A stretch of DNA of 56,069 nt from an uncultured Desulfobacterales bacterium (GTDB lineage: Bacteria > Desulfobacterota > Desulfobacteria > Desulfobacterales > SURF-7). This document shows, in pieces, positions 1 to 10,557 of the stretch. The position numbers were made by a program, and so were the translations under genes. The DNA lies in the NCBI GenBank assembly GCA_964617785.1, contig CAZTYY010000001.1:1-56069 (forward strand), read 5' to 3'. The notes beneath the pieces are model-generated. The model was not told the DNA's origin. It did not search any database and saw only the letters and a program-made list of their open reading frames with translations. How positions within the stretch are numbered: the stretch's first letter is position 1; every line of letters starts with the position of its first letter.

Positions 1-42
1 ACGCAAAAAAAAAAAAAAAGTATAACCTCAAAAGGATTATTG

Positions 43-1494
43 ATGTTGCATTTTTCAAAAAAAATAAACAGTATATTTGATCAACCGATTATTGCTTTGA
101 GTATTTTTTTCGTAGCTATAATCGTCGCCTCCATTTTGTTCCTATCATCAGAAGATATATTTAAACCTGATCCGCTTGATAAAATTTTGAAAACCGGCGA
201 AATCATATTTCTTACAAGAAACAATGCCCACTGCTACTATTTTTACCAGGATGAGCCCATGGGCTTTGAATTCGACCTTGCAAAAGCGTTTGCAGACTAC
301 CTGGGAGTAAAACTGAAAATTAAGGTTTCGGATAAATGGGAAGAAATGATCCCATCATTGAAAAATGGAAAAGCTCATGTGATCGCAGCAAGTTTTACCG
401 TTACGCCAAAACGAAAAAAGCATGTGGCATTTTCCAATGGATACATGAAGATTCATCAGCATATCATAACCGGCCGACATGAACGTAATATAAGAGGGGT
501 CGCCGACCTTGACGGTAAAAAAATATATGTAAGAAAAGGAACCTCCTACCAGGAAAGGTTGGAGACAATCAAAGAAACCGGAATCGATTTTGAAATCGTC
601 GCTCTCGAAAACATACCGACCGACGAATTGATCAGACAGGTTGCAAGCGGTCAAATTAATATTACAATTGCCGACACAAATATCGCCAAGCTTGCCAGAC
701 GTTATTATCCCAAGGTTTATGTCGGTGAAACGATCAGCGGTGAAGAACATTTAGCCTGGGCCGTAAATTTGAAAGCTGATGAATTGCTTGACCAAATAAA
801 CGATTTTTTTCAAACAATTAAAGAAGACGGAACCATAGATCGAATATACAAAAAGTATTATTCAGGTATCGATCGATTCAATTATTTAGATATTAAATCG
901 TTTCACAGCAGGATGATATCAAGGTTGCCTAAATATGCGCAGATCATTAAAGACGCTTCAAAACAATACAGTCTTGACTGGCGACTAATCGCCGCTCAAA
1001 TCTATCAGGAATCACATTTTCGACAGTGGGCGAAAAGCAGCGCTAATGCCTACGGGCTTATGCAGCTTACCCGAAAAACCGCAAAAAGTCTTGGCGTTAA
1101 AAATATTTACAGCCCGGATGAAAATATTTATGCGGGCGTCAGACACTTAAAGAATCTCTATGACCTGTTCGATAATGCAGAAGGCGCTGACCGACTTTTT
1201 TTAGCGCTTGGTGCATATAATATAGGTCAGGGACATATAAGGGATGCCCAGCACCTTGCCCGGAAGCTTGGTTTAGATCCTTTAAAATGGTCGGAGCTTT
1301 CAAAAGCCCTTTATCTTCTAAACAATCATAAATACTATAAAGACTCAAAATACGGTTATTGCAGGGGAGGACAGACGATTCAATATGTCAGACAAATTAT
1401 GATATACTATGATATACTGAAACATCAGGGTATTGATTTTGATCTTCGCCAAAAACAACTTCCCAGTGGTTTTAAAAGACTGCCACGGCTGTAA
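43..1494 (+). CDS. mltF: membrane-bound lytic murein transglycosylase F-like protein (solute-binding domain plus SLT domain)
   Basis: ORF 40..1494. N-terminal TM/signal segment, periplasmic solute-binding-like middle, C-terminal SLT motif AAQIYQESHF...AYGLMQLT. Position 40 is TTG; the ATG at 43 lies 6 nt after AAAGGA. Confidence 0.85.
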   Translation: MLHFSKKINSIFDQPIIALSIFFVAIIVASILFLSSEDIFKPDPLDKILKTGEIIFLTRNNAHCYYFYQDEPMGFEFDLAKAFADYLGVKLKIKVSDKWEEMIPSLKNGKAHVIAASFTVTPKRKKHVAFSNGYMKIHQHIITGRHERNIRGVADLDGKKIYVRKGTSYQERLETIKETGIDFEIVALENIPTDELIRQVASGQINITIADTNIAKLARRYYPKVYVGETISGEEHLAWAVNLKADELLDQINDFFQTIKEDGTIDRIYKKYYSGIDRFNYLDIKSFHSRMISRLPKYAQIIKDASKQYSLDWRLIAAQIYQESHFRQWAKSSANAYGLMQLTRKTAKSLGVKNIYSPDENIYAGVRHLKNLYDLFDNAEGADRLFLALGAYNIGQGHIRDAQHLARKLGLDPLKWSELSKALYLLNNHKYYKDSKYGYCRGGQTIQYVRQIMIYYDILKHQGIDFDLRQKQLPSGFKRLPRL

Positions 1495-1513
1495 AACAAA
1501 TAAAAATATTTTT

Positions 1514-2137
1514 TTAAGAAGCCACAAAAGGATTGAAGCGCTTTTCCTGTCCTATTGTCGTCTCAGGGCCGTGTCCACAGTGAACCCTGACATCATCCCC
1601 AAGAGGAAAAAGCTTTTCTTTAATACTGGATATCAGTGTATCGAAGTTTCCGCCCGGAAAGTCAGTGCGGCCGACGGATCCGGCAAAAAGTGTGTCACCG
1701 ACAAAAACATGTCCATCCGAATAAAGAGACACGCCGCCGGGTGAATGGCCAGGGGTATGAATAACTTTCAGTTCTATATTTCCAAAAGCAATTGTTGACC
1801 CGTCGGCAATTTCGATATCAGGCGCCGGCGAATTTTCAGTAGAAAGACCAAAACCGGCAGCCGTCTCAGTCAGCATACTCAGCATCGGCGCATCTGCAGG
1901 ATGAATCATTATTTCGGCACCTGTGGCCTCCTTTAGTTTCCGATTTCCGCCCACATGGTCAAAGTGACCGTGAGTGTTTACAATATATTTTACTTTCAGC
2001 TTCAATTCCGCAAGAGCAAGCAGAATCCTTTCGGTTTCATCTCCCGGATCAATGACCACTGCCTCCAGTTTCTCCTCACATCCTGCAATAAAGCAGTTCG
2101 CCATTATCATTCCTACAGGTAGTTCTTTTATAATCAC
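1514..2137 (-). CDS. MBL-fold metallo-hydrolase (glyoxalase II-like)
   Basis: 207 aa with the HxHxDH motif (NTHGHFDHVGG) and downstream His/Asp ligands typical of the beta-lactamase fold. Confidence 0.85.
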   Translation of the reverse strand: MIIKELPVGMIMANCFIAGCEEKLEAVVIDPGDETERILLALAELKLKVKYIVNTHGHFDHVGGNRKLKEATGAEIMIHPADAPMLSMLTETAAGFGLSTENSPAPDIEIADGSTIAFGNIELKVIHTPGHSPGGVSLYSDGHVFVGDTLFAGSVGRTDFPGGNFDTLISSIKEKLFPLGDDVRVHCGHGPETTIGQEKRFNPFVAS

Positions 2138-2403
2138 TTCGCGCTCCTTTTTTTCGCCTGCTCTATTAATTCCACCAGACTTGTGATTTTCGGTTTTGGC
2201 CTTGCTGTTTCCAGCGATTTAACATCTTCTTCCGAAAAATTATCTTTCAGGTATGTCAGTATGTCGAAAATTTCCCACCAGCAGTCTATAACCTTCCAGC
2301 AAGGCAGCCGGCCATCGCTTCCATAATCGAGGCAATATTGAAATGTTGTCCGACTGCCAAGTCTGGGGCATCTTCGTTCAAGATTATCGGTGTCGATTGA
2401 CAT
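2134..2403 (-). CDS. small Cys-rich hypothetical protein (89 aa)
   Basis: ORF with 4 Cys in the first 41 residues (CPRLG...YC...PC...DC) and a charged helical C-terminus. Its stop overlaps the start of the MBL gene by 4 nt, and it lies 13 nt after trpB2. No family recognised. Confidence 0.5.
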   Translation of the reverse strand: MSIDTDNLERRCPRLGSRTTFQYCLDYGSDGRLPCWKVIDCWWEIFDILTYLKDNFSEEDVKSLETARPKPKITSLVELIEQAKKRSAK

Positions 2404-2416
2404 ACGCCAGTTAATA

Positions 2417-3793
2417 TTACCGGCTTTTTAACAGTTCAGGTTTCGGAAAATTCTTAAAAACTTTTTCCGACTCTGCGATCTCACTCTCAGGCAGTGAAAT
2501 ATTTTTCAACTCATTTGAAAAATATTTGTCGTAAGCCATCAGGTCAAGAAGGCCATGTCCACTCCAGTTGAAAAGAATCACTTTTTCTTTTCCTTCCTCT
2601 TTTGCCTTTCGCGCTTCATCTATAACACAGGCCAATGCGTGGGTGGTTTCCGGAGCTGGTATCAAGCCTTCCGATCTTGCCAGAATAATACCGGCTTCAT
2701 ATGCATCGAGCTGAGTAATGGCTTTTGGTTCTATTAACCCTTCTGAAGCAAGCTGGCTGACCGTGGGTGCCATTCCATGATACCTGAGACCTCCTGCATG
2801 AAACGGCGGCGGTACAAATGTATGTCCCAGGCTGTACATGGGAAGGAGTGGTGTGTATCTGGCAGTATCTCCATGATCATATACAAATGGAGCCTTTGTT
2901 AAAGTCGGGCAACCTGCCGGTTCAACGGGGAAAATATCGATTTCTTTTCCGTTAATTTTGTCAAGAACAAATGGAAAGGCAAGACCCGCAAAGTTACTGC
3001 CTCCGCCGGCACACCCGATAATAACGTCCGGATAGTCACCTACTTTTTCAAGCTGCTTTTTTGCTTCGAGACCGACAATCGTCTGATGCAACATCACATG
3101 GTTTAAAACACTGCCAAGTGAATATCTTGTACTTCCTGTTTCATCACTTACAGCAGCTTCAATAGCTTCACTGATTGCTATTCCGAGACTTCCCGGAGTA
3201 GCAGGATCTTTTTCAAGGGCTTCTTGACCGGCCTTTGTTTCACGGCTCGGACTTGCAACGCATTTTCCTCCCCATACCTCCATCATTGATTTACGGTAAG
3301 GTTTCTGGTCAAAACTGACTCGCACCATGAAAACTTTACATTCAAGGCCGAACAGGGAGCAGGCAAATGACAAAGCGCTCCCCCATTGTCCTGCACCGGT
3401 TTCGGTTGTTAGCTTTTTGATTCCAAACTCACGATTATAATATGCCTGAGGAACCGCAGTGTTCGGTTTATGGCTGCCCGGAGGACTCACACTTTCATTT
3501 TTAAAATAAATTTTTGCCGGGGTATCCAACGCTTTTTCCAAAGATAATGCACGAACAAGCGGTGATGGACGCCATATACGAAGAATGTCGAGTACTTCCT
3601 CAGGAATATCTATCCACCTCTCGGTGCTTACTTCCTGCTCAATAAGATTCATCGGAAAAACCGGTGCAAGCGCTTCCGGAGTAATCGGGTTTCCGTCCGG
3701 TCCAAGCGGCGGATTCATTTTAATGTCAGCTAAAATATTATACCATTGCCTTGGCATTTCATCTTCTGTCAAAATGATCTTTCTTGTTGTCAT
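2417..3793 (-). CDS. trpB: TrpB-like PLP-dependent enzyme (tryptophan synthase beta chain 2 type)
   Basis: 458 aa. Long-form TrpB2 signature ([19 protein letters not shown]-lysine region, GGGSNFAG loop). Stand-alone, no trpA nearby. AAGGAG RBS upstream of the ATG. Confidence 0.9.
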   Translation of the reverse strand: MTTRKIILTEDEMPRQWYNILADIKMNPPLGPDGNPITPEALAPVFPMNLIEQEVSTERWIDIPEEVLDILRIWRPSPLVRALSLEKALDTPAKIYFKNESVSPPGSHKPNTAVPQAYYNREFGIKKLTTETGAGQWGSALSFACSLFGLECKVFMVRVSFDQKPYRKSMMEVWGGKCVASPSRETKAGQEALEKDPATPGSLGIAISEAIEAAVSDETGSTRYSLGSVLNHVMLHQTIVGLEAKKQLEKVGDYPDVIIGCAGGGSNFAGLAFPFVLDKINGKEIDIFPVEPAGCPTLTKAPFVYDHGDTARYTPLLPMYSLGHTFVPPPFHAGGLRYHGMAPTVSQLASEGLIEPKAITQLDAYEAGIILARSEGLIPAPETTHALACVIDEARKAKEEGKEKVILFNWSGHGLLDLMAYDKYFSNELKNISLPESEIAESEKVFKNFPKPELLKSR

Positions 3794-3796
3794 ATC

Positions 3797-4222
3797 CTAC
3801 TCCTTGTTGTTGTTGTTGTTTTCAAGCATTATCCGGATACTGTCAAGAATTCCGTTTATAAAAGACCCGGAGTCTTCCGCCCCGAATTCCTTTCCAATTT
3901 CTATTGCTTCGTTAATGGAAACTTTTGATGGAATATCCTCACAATGTAACATTTCATATACGGCTATACGCATCACATTTCTGTCCACACATGAAATTCT
4001 GCTGATTTTCCAGTTACTGGAATATTGCTTAATAAGCGTATCAATCTCTTTTCTTTTCTTTTTTACACAGATAATAAGAAATTGAAAAAAAGGCAGAACT
4101 TTACTGGACGGATTAAAATTCAGGCAAAACGACTCTAGTCTTTCTTCAGAGTCGTTTTGGCTCATATCCATATCAAACAGGGCCTGCAAAGCAAGCTCCC
4201 GCGACTTGCGTCGATCACCCAT
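3797..4222 (-). CDS. nusB: transcription antitermination factor NusB
   Basis: 141 aa. N-terminal RRKSRELALQALF motif, position directly after ribH as in many bacteria. Asn5 run at the C-terminus. Confidence 0.85.
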   Translation of the reverse strand: MGDRRKSRELALQALFDMDMSQNDSEERLESFCLNFNPSSKVLPFFQFLIICVKKKRKEIDTLIKQYSSNWKISRISCVDRNVMRIAVYEMLHCEDIPSKVSINEAIEIGKEFGAEDSGSFINGILDSIRIMLENNNNNKE

Positions 4223-4225
4223 GAG

Positions 4226-4696
4226 CTACTTGTTTAACACCTCTATTAGGTTTGCCATCTCAATAGCTGATATGGCTGCGTTCCATCCCTTATTTCCAGC
4301 TTTTGCACCGGCTCTTTCAATTGCTTGCTCAATGGTGTCTGTGGTGATGACACCAAAAATTACCGGAATCGAAGATTCCAGTCCGACAGCAGCAACGCCT
4401 TTTGATACTTCTGCACTGACATAGTCAAAATGGGGTGTTGCGCCCCGGATAACTGCGCCAAGACATATAACGGCGTCATATCGACCGGTATCTGCCGTTT
4501 TTTTTGCAACGAGCGGTATTTCAAATGAACCGGGAACCTTTACAATGTCAATATCCTTATCGTCGGCTCCATTTCGCACAAGTGCATCAACTGCACCACT
4601 GACAAGCCGGTCTGTAATAAAATCGTTAAAACGGCTTACAATAATTACAAATTTTTTGCCTTCAGCATTCAGGCCTGCTTCAATTATATTTGGCAT
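4226..4696 (-). CDS. ribH: 6,7-dimethyl-8-ribityllumazine synthase
   Basis: 156 aa. Typical RibH motifs ([21 protein letters not shown]). Confidence 0.95.
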   Translation of the reverse strand: MPNIIEAGLNAEGKKFVIIVSRFNDFITDRLVSGAVDALVRNGADDKDIDIVKVPGSFEIPLVAKKTADTGRYDAVICLGAVIRGATPHFDYVSAEVSKGVAAVGLESSIPVIFGVITTDTIEQAIERAGAKAGNKGWNAAISAIEMANLIEVLNK

Positions 4697-5935
4697 TTAT
4701 TCCCCCCCTGCTTCTTTGGAACGCTTTTTGCTGAAATATCTCAGCATATGTCCCATTTTATACTGCTTGCATTTCAGATAGTTTTTGTTGAACTCATTAG
4801 GCTCAATTTCAATGGGCACCTGTTCAATGACGCTTAATCCGTATCCTTCGAGTCCTATCATTTTTCTTGGGTTGTTAGTGACCAGCCTCATTTTTCTAAC
4901 CCCCAGATCCACCAGAATCTGGGCACCGATTCCATAATCTCTCATGTCGGCTTGAAAGCCGAGTTCCTCATTGGCCTCAACAGTATCAAGGCCGCCTTGC
5001 TGCAGCTCATAAGCTTTCAGCTTGTTGACAAGTCCGATTCCACGTCCCTCCTGGCGTAAATAGAGAAGAACGCCGCCACCTTCCTTTTCCATCAGTTCCA
5101 TGGCTCTGTGAAGCTGATCGCCACAGTCACATCGAAGAGAACCGAAAATATCGCCTGTCATGCATTCTGAATGAACACGGACAAGCACCGGTTTTTCAGA
5201 ATCTATTTCCCCTTTTATTAGTGCAATATGAAGAAGATCATCCAGTTCGTTTTCATAAGCTATCATCTTGAAATCACCGCCAAACACAGTAGGAATAATG
5301 GTTTCAGCCGCCCGTGAAACAAAAGACTCTTTTCTGATCCTATACTCCACAAGGTCTTCAATGGTGCATATGCCGATACCATGTTCTTCACTGAATTTTT
5401 CAAGAGAAGGCATCCTGGCCATTGAGCCGTCATCATCCATGATTTCACAGATTACAGCATATGGTTTCAGACCTGCAAGACGCGCCAGGTCAACCGACCC
5501 TTCGGTCTGACCGACACGCACCATAACACCGCCTTTTCTGGCTCTTAAAGGAAAAACATGGCCCGGCTGGACAAGATCATCCTGTTTTGCATCATCTGCA
5601 ATTGCTGTCAGAATGGTTTTGGCCCTGTCAGCAGCTGAAATACCGGTCGTTACCCCGTGCCGCGCCTCAATGGAAACCGTAAAGCCGGTTTGATACTGGG
5701 AGGTATTGTCATTAACCATCATCGGCAGTCCCAGTGCATCTAGTTTTTCTCCTGTCATCGCAAGACATATCAGGCCACGGCCATATTTTGCCATGAAGTT
5801 GATGACCTCCGGCGTCACTTTTTCGGCGGCAATGGTAAGGTCTCCCTCATTTTCACGATTTTCATCATCGACGAGGATTACCATTTTTCCTTCATTTATA
5901 TCTTTAATTGCTTCGTCTATACTAATCAGTGGCAT
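4697..5935 (-). CDS. ribBA: bifunctional 3,4-dihydroxy-2-butanone-4-phosphate synthase / GTP cyclohydrolase II
   Basis: 412 aa. N-terminal DHBP synthase ([11 protein letters not shown]) and C-terminal GCH II (HSECMTGD...CDCG). Confidence 0.95.
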   Translation of the reverse strand: MPLISIDEAIKDINEGKMVILVDDENRENEGDLTIAAEKVTPEVINFMAKYGRGLICLAMTGEKLDALGLPMMVNDNTSQYQTGFTVSIEARHGVTTGISAADRAKTILTAIADDAKQDDLVQPGHVFPLRARKGGVMVRVGQTEGSVDLARLAGLKPYAVICEIMDDDGSMARMPSLEKFSEEHGIGICTIEDLVEYRIRKESFVSRAAETIIPTVFGGDFKMIAYENELDDLLHIALIKGEIDSEKPVLVRVHSECMTGDIFGSLRCDCGDQLHRAMELMEKEGGGVLLYLRQEGRGIGLVNKLKAYELQQGGLDTVEANEELGFQADMRDYGIGAQILVDLGVRKMRLVTNNPRKMIGLEGYGLSVIEQVPIEIEPNEFNKNYLKCKQYKMGHMLRYFSKKRSKEAGGE

Positions 5936-5959
5936 TTTTAATACATCTCCTTAAATCTT

Positions 5960-6628
5960 CTATTTCAAAAAACCGGTCTTGGCCAGAAATTCGATGTCAA
6001 TTTCTGTTTTCTTTGACTCCTGTGTTTCTGGACCTGTTGAACTTTTCCGAATAAATTGTTCGACATATTTCCCGATCATGTCTGTTTCAATATTTACGGT
6101 TGCACCCACTTTTTTAAAACCTACCGTTGTCAGGCCTGCTGTATGCGGAATAATACTTACATCAAAACTGTTTGATCGACAATCGTTGATTGTCAAACTT
6201 ATACCGTCAACAGCCACGGACCCCTTGCGTATCAAGTAGCGGGCCACCAATTCCGGAATACTGAATGAAACAATAATCGCATTTCCCAGATTTTGTCTGC
6301 TTTTTATCGTTCCTGTTCCGTCAATATGTCCGGAAACAAGGTGTCCGTCCAAGCGATCAGAAAGACGAAGAGCGCGTTCAAGATTCACCCTTTCTCCAAT
6401 ACGGGCGTGACCCAAGTTCGTTAACGAAAGGGTTTCAGGCGCCACGTCCACTTTAAACTGGCTTCCTTCAACCTTAACGGCAGTAAGGCATGCACCGTTT
6501 ACAGCTATACTGTCGCCTATTTTTGTATCGTCAAGATCAAATTCAGCGTTAAGCGTAAAACAGCTTCCCCGACCCGATGACTGTATACCGGTTATTGTAC
6601 CGAGCCCTTCTATTATTCCCGTAAACAT
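5960..6628 (-). CDS. ribE: riboflavin synthase (alpha chain)
   Basis: 222 aa. MFTGIIE start and duplicated lumazine-binding halves (GDSIAVNG / GSVAVDG). Confidence 0.9.
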   Translation of the reverse strand: MFTGIIEGLGTITGIQSSGRGSCFTLNAEFDLDDTKIGDSIAVNGACLTAVKVEGSQFKVDVAPETLSLTNLGHARIGERVNLERALRLSDRLDGHLVSGHIDGTGTIKSRQNLGNAIIVSFSIPELVARYLIRKGSVAVDGISLTINDCRSNSFDVSIIPHTAGLTTVGFKKVGATVNIETDMIGKYVEQFIRKSSTGPETQESKKTEIDIEFLAKTGFLK

Positions 6629-6630
6629 TG

Positions 6631-7728
6631 CTAAGCTATATATCCTTCTATCATTACATCATCATCAAACAATTTAACGCGCGTATCTTTTATCTTTATG
6701 CCCTGGTCAATCGTATCAGGCCCGGGCCCCCTGCAGATCGGTACACCGTCATCTCCGCCGAGTATTTTCGGGGCATAAAAAAAACATATTTTATCGACTA
6801 CTCCTGCGCCAAGAGCTGATGCAGATACACGGCTTCCGCCTTCTATCAGTATGCTGGTTATGCCTTTTTCACCCAGGACCTTCATTAAAGCATCAATGTC
6901 GATCAGCCCATTCTCTTCATTCAGTTCTACTATTTTTGCCCCTTTTTTTTCAAGAAGCGTTCTTTTTTTTTCCAAATATTTACATCCGGTAACAATGATC
7001 GTATCAGCATCTGAATCGAGATTGAGTATTTTTGCATCTTCATCAATTGACAATTTTGAGTCGAGTATGATCCTTGTCGGGTCTCGCCCGTCAAAATTAT
7101 CCAGTCGAACAGTCAAAGAAGGGTCATCTGCGGCAACGGTTCCGATGCCGACCATGACAGCATCAGCATTATGTCGAAGCCGGTGAACAAACCGCCTTGA
7201 TAAGGAGTTTGTAATCCATTGTGAATTTCCGGTCCGACTTGCAATTCGCCCGTCCAGAGTTGCTGCACACTTTAAAGTTACAAACGGTCGCCTGGTAAGT
7301 GAATGCTTGATAAAACTTTCATTCATTTTTGCAGCTTCATCTTCACATACACCGGTTACGACATCGATGTTTTTTGTTTTTAAGAAATCACCTCCCCCAC
7401 CATTCACGTTTGGATTCGGATCCTTCATGGCAAAAACGACACTGGCAATGCCTGCATCAAGAATTTTTTTAGTGCATGGCGGTGTCCTGCCATCATGATT
7501 ACATGGCTCAAGTGTTACATAAAGTGTCGCACCTTGTGCAAATTCTCCCGCATCATCTATGGCCATAACTTCTGCATGGGCTTCACCGGCCTGTTTATGC
7601 CATCCCTTACCGATAACTTTTCTATCCTTAACGACAACAGCGCCCACCATTGGATTGGGGGATGTGTATCCAATTCCTTTTTCAGCTAACGCCAGAGCCA
7701 TTTTCATGTAGTTGACATCAAAATTCAT
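6631..7728 (-). CDS. ribD: bifunctional diaminohydroxyphosphoribosylaminopyrimidine deaminase / 5-amino-6-(5-phosphoribosylamino)uracil reductase
   Basis: 365 aa. Deaminase zinc motif HAE...PCxxxGRTPPC plus C-terminal reductase domain. Overlaps the nrdR stop by 4 nt. Confidence 0.95.
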   Translation of the reverse strand: MNFDVNYMKMALALAEKGIGYTSPNPMVGAVVVKDRKVIGKGWHKQAGEAHAEVMAIDDAGEFAQGATLYVTLEPCNHDGRTPPCTKKILDAGIASVVFAMKDPNPNVNGGGGDFLKTKNIDVVTGVCEDEAAKMNESFIKHSLTRRPFVTLKCAATLDGRIASRTGNSQWITNSLSRRFVHRLRHNADAVMVGIGTVAADDPSLTVRLDNFDGRDPTRIILDSKLSIDEDAKILNLDSDADTIIVTGCKYLEKKRTLLEKKGAKIVELNEENGLIDIDALMKVLGEKGITSILIEGGSRVSASALGAGVVDKICFFYAPKILGGDDGVPICRGPGPDTIDQGIKIKDTRVKLFDDDVMIEGYIA

Positions 7729-8183
7729 TTTTTGCCATTTAAAAGTGTTTTCAATTCATCCACAAAATCATTTACATCCTTAAATTCACGATAAACAGAT
7801 GCGAATCTGACATAGGCAACCGCATCCACCTCCTGGAGCTTGTCCATAATTTTGTTACCGATAATGCTGGAATCAATCTCCTTTTCTCCTGTTTCCCTCA
7901 AGTCTCGTTCAATCTCATCAATAAACGCTTCAATAACATTTACGCTTATTTTACGTTTTTCGCAGGCTCTGAGCATTCCCGAACGAACTTTTTCACGGTT
8001 GAAGACTTCGCGTCGGCCATCTTTTTTGATAAGCATAACAGGAATTTCTTCAATATGTTCATAAGTTGTAAATCTTCTTTTACATTTTGAGCATTCCCTT
8101 CGTCGTCGTATAACATGGCCGTCTTTGCTTAACCTGGAATCGATGACCCTGTTATCAGGATCGCCACAGAATGGACATTTCAT
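7725..8183 (-). CDS. nrdR: transcriptional repressor NrdR
   Basis: 152 aa. MKCPFC...CxxC zinc ribbon followed by an ATP-cone. Confidence 0.95.
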   Translation of the reverse strand: MKCPFCGDPDNRVIDSRLSKDGHVIRRRRECSKCKRRFTTYEHIEEIPVMLIKKDGRREVFNREKVRSGMLRACEKRKISVNVIEAFIDEIERDLRETGEKEIDSSIIGNKIMDKLQEVDAVAYVRFASVYREFKDVNDFVDELKTLLNGKK

Positions 8184-8659
8184 AACTTTTCTCCCTGTGC
8201 TTGATTGTCAAGTCTCATTAATTGAATATCCGCTTCTTTCAACATATCTTCGGAGATGCTGTCTGCATACCCCTCAATATAATATATGTTTTTGATGCCT
8301 GCATTAATAATCATTTTAGCACATATGGAACATGGCAGATTTGTGCAGTAAAGAGTGGCTTCCTTTATGGAAACACCATGAAAGGCCGCCTGAATAATCG
8401 CATTTTGCTCTGCATGAATACCCCGGCAAAGCTCATGCTTCTCACCGGAAGGCACATTAAGTTTTTTCCTAAGACACCCGGCCTCACTACAATGTGTAAT
8501 GTTGACAGGCGCCCCGTTATAGCCGGTCGAAAGAATACGCTTGTCCTTAACAATCACAGCACCTACAGCTCTTCTAAGACATGTTGAACGCTTTGCCACC
8601 AGCCTTGTAATATCCATAAAGTAGGTATTCCATGATGGTCGAGCTTCATTCTGCGGCAT
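8180..8659 (-). CDS. deoxycytidylate (dCMP) deaminase family protein
   Basis: 159 aa. CMP/dCMP deaminase zinc motifs HAEQNAI and PCSICAKMI. Confidence 0.85.
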   Translation of the reverse strand: MPQNEARPSWNTYFMDITRLVAKRSTCLRRAVGAVIVKDKRILSTGYNGAPVNITHCSEAGCLRKKLNVPSGEKHELCRGIHAEQNAIIQAAFHGVSIKEATLYCTNLPCSICAKMIINAGIKNIYYIEGYADSISEDMLKEADIQLMRLDNQAQGEKL

Positions 8660-8665
8660 AACCGG

Positions 8666-9919
8666 TTAATCCTCTATTCCTGAATAAATTGGAAACGCTT
8701 CACACAGTTCAACAACCTTTTTGCCTGTTTCTTTGATTACATTTTCGTCTTTGCTGTTTTTCAATACAGCTACAATCAGCTTGGCTATAGTCTCCATTTC
8801 CCGGACACCCATTCCCCTTGATGTCAGAGCTGGTGTTCCAAGGCGTATACCGCTTGCTACAAACGGACTCTGTGTGTCAAACGGTATCGTGTTTTTATTT
8901 ACCGTAATGCCGGCACGTCCAAGCGCAGCCCCTGCATCTCTTCCTGTGATATTCAGACTGGTCAAATCAGCGAGCATCATATGATTATCGGTCCCTCCCG
9001 ACACCAGGTTGACGCCTTGCGCTGTCAAATGTTTGGCAAGGGCTTTTGCATTGTCTACAATGTTTCTCTGGTAAACTGCAAATGATTCTTGCCCTGCCTC
9101 CATGAAAGCAACCGCCTTGGCTGCAATAACATGCATTAAAGGCCCTCCTTGAATTCCCGGAAATATTTCTTTATTTAGTTTTTTTTCGAAGGCTTTTTTA
9201 GCAAGAATCAAACCACCGCGGGGGCCTCTCAGGGTTTTGTGTGTAGTTGATGTAACAAAATCGGCAAACGGGACCGGTGATTGATGAACACCGCCGGCAA
9301 CAAGCCCCGCAATGTGAGCCATATCAACCATTAAATAAGCCCCGACTGATTTTGCAATATCAGCAAACGCCTTGAAATCCAGAATGCGGGAATATGCACT
9401 GGCACCTGCCACTATCAGTTTTGGCCTGTGTTTTTCTGCAAGATAAGCAACCTCATCATAATCGATGGTTCCGGTTTCTTTTTGAACACCATAATGGGCA
9501 AAATTGAAAAGCTTCCCTGAAAAACTGACAGGGCTTCCATGGGTCAGGTGTCCTCCATGTGACAGGTCCATCCCAAGAATGGTATCACCGGGATTAAGAA
9601 TCGCAAAATATACCGCCATATTCGCCTGTGAGCCTGAATGCGGCTGAACATTTGCATATTCCGCCTCAAAAAGGTCTCTGGCTCTGGCAATGGCCAGGTT
9701 TTCGACAACATCCACATATTCACAGCCGCCGTAATATCTTTTATCAGGATATCCTTCGGCATATTTATTTGTGAGTACACTGCCCTGAACCGCCATAACT
9801 GCCGGACTGACGATGTTTTCAGAAGCAATAAGCTCCAGGCTGTTTTTCTGTCTGTCAAGCTCCTGAAGGATCACATTGGCAATATCAGGATCAATTTCAC
9901 GAATACACTTAATGTTCAA
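8666..9919 (-). CDS. glyA: serine hydroxymethyltransferase
   Basis: Strong SHMT identity ([27 protein letters not shown]). The longest ORF reaches a TTG at 10003 but would overlap rpiB by 62 nt. The TTG at 9919 follows GGGAAAAGGGAA and gives the usual length of about 417 aa. Confidence 0.9.
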   Translation of the reverse strand: MNIKCIREIDPDIANVILQELDRQKNSLELIASENIVSPAVMAVQGSVLTNKYAEGYPDKRYYGGCEYVDVVENLAIARARDLFEAEYANVQPHSGSQANMAVYFAILNPGDTILGMDLSHGGHLTHGSPVSFSGKLFNFAHYGVQKETGTIDYDEVAYLAEKHRPKLIVAGASAYSRILDFKAFADIAKSVGAYLMVDMAHIAGLVAGGVHQSPVPFADFVTSTTHKTLRGPRGGLILAKKAFEKKLNKEIFPGIQGGPLMHVIAAKAVAFMEAGQESFAVYQRNIVDNAKALAKHLTAQGVNLVSGGTDNHMMLADLTSLNITGRDAGAALGRAGITVNKNTIPFDTQSPFVASGIRLGTPALTSRGMGVREMETIAKLIVAVLKNSKDENVIKETGKKVVELCEAFPIYSGIED

Positions 9920-9941
9920 TTCCCTTTTCCCTTTCACTTTT

Positions 9942-10388
9942 CTAAATCGTATCAAACTTATCGAGCCGCGCCTGATGCCTTCCGCCTTCGAATCCGGTTT
10001 CAAGCCAGGTTTTTACTATTTCTATGGCAAGTGTCTCTCCGGTAACCCTGCCCCCCAGCACCAGAATATTGGCATTATTGTGCAACCTGCTCATCCTTGC
10101 CGAAAAAATATCTCCACAGAGCGCAGCCCGTACATGTTTAAACCGGTTTGCAACCATCGACATTCCGAGACCGGTACCACAAATCAGGACTCCCCGTTCA
10201 AACTCTCCTGATGACACAGCGCCGGCTACTTTAATTCCGAAATCGCTATAATCGACTGATTCAAGGCCACTGGTTCCTGCGTCTGTCACCTCTATGCCGG
10301 CATCTGATAAAAAGTTTTTAACTGTCTCTTTCATAGGAAAAGCGGCATGGTCGCTTCCTATTATAATAGGGGTTCCGCGGTTCTCCAT
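9942..10388 (-). CDS. rpiB: ribose-5-phosphate isomerase B
   Basis: RpiB/LacAB family motifs ([16 protein letters not shown]). The ATG at 10388 has AAAGGA 7 nt upstream; the ORF extends to 10409. Confidence 0.9.
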   Translation of the reverse strand: MENRGTPIIIGSDHAAFPMKETVKNFLSDAGIEVTDAGTSGLESVDYSDFGIKVAGAVSSGEFERGVLICGTGLGMSMVANRFKHVRAALCGDIFSARMSRLHNNANILVLGGRVTGETLAIEIVKTWLETGFEGGRHQARLDKFDTI

Positions 10389-10426
10389 TATTTTTCCTTT
10401 ATATATCATCCATAAAAGTTATAGGG

Positions 10427-10502
10427 TGGTACGCCCGGCTGGATTCGAACCAGCGGTCTTCAGCTCCGGAGGCTGACGCCTTATCCTCTAGGCCACGGGC
10501 GC
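10427..10502 (-). tRNA. tRNA-Arg (anticodon CCG)
   Basis: Hand-folded 76-nt cloverleaf on the minus strand. Acceptor GCGCCCG/CGGGCGT, D stem GCCT/AGGC, anticodon stem TCAGC/GCTGA with loop CTCCGGA, T arm GCTGG-TTCGAAT-CCAGC, encoded CCA end. Confidence 0.9.
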
Positions 10503-10557
10503 ACTATTCGGCACATTTATTTTTAATAATTAATCGCCGGGGTTAAGTCAACCTTCT

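Noticed and set aside
6-19. A-run of about 14 nt at the window edge.
   Set aside because: It is probably the T-tract of a terminator for a minus-strand gene lying outside the window. This cannot be evaluated without the flanking sequence.
3804-3818. (TTG)5 microsatellite, encoding the Asn5 run at the NusB C-terminus.
   Set aside because: It is a short, in-frame trinucleotide repeat just before the stop codon. Nothing indicates phase variation or functional relevance.
3585-4085. 166-aa ORF on the + strand spanning the trpB2/nusB junction.
   Set aside because: It is antisense to two well-supported genes, with the Ser/Ile/Leu-rich composition of an AT-rich antisense frame.
9920-10003. Upstream extension of glyA overlapping rpiB by 62 nt.
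   Set aside because: The extension has no SHMT similarity and would overlap rpiB. A TTG with a purine-rich RBS at 9919 gives the canonical length.
7729-10409. Possible FMN riboswitch upstream of the rib genes.
   Set aside because: ribD overlaps nrdR, and the whole rpiB-to-nusB run has no intergenic space large enough for an FMN element.
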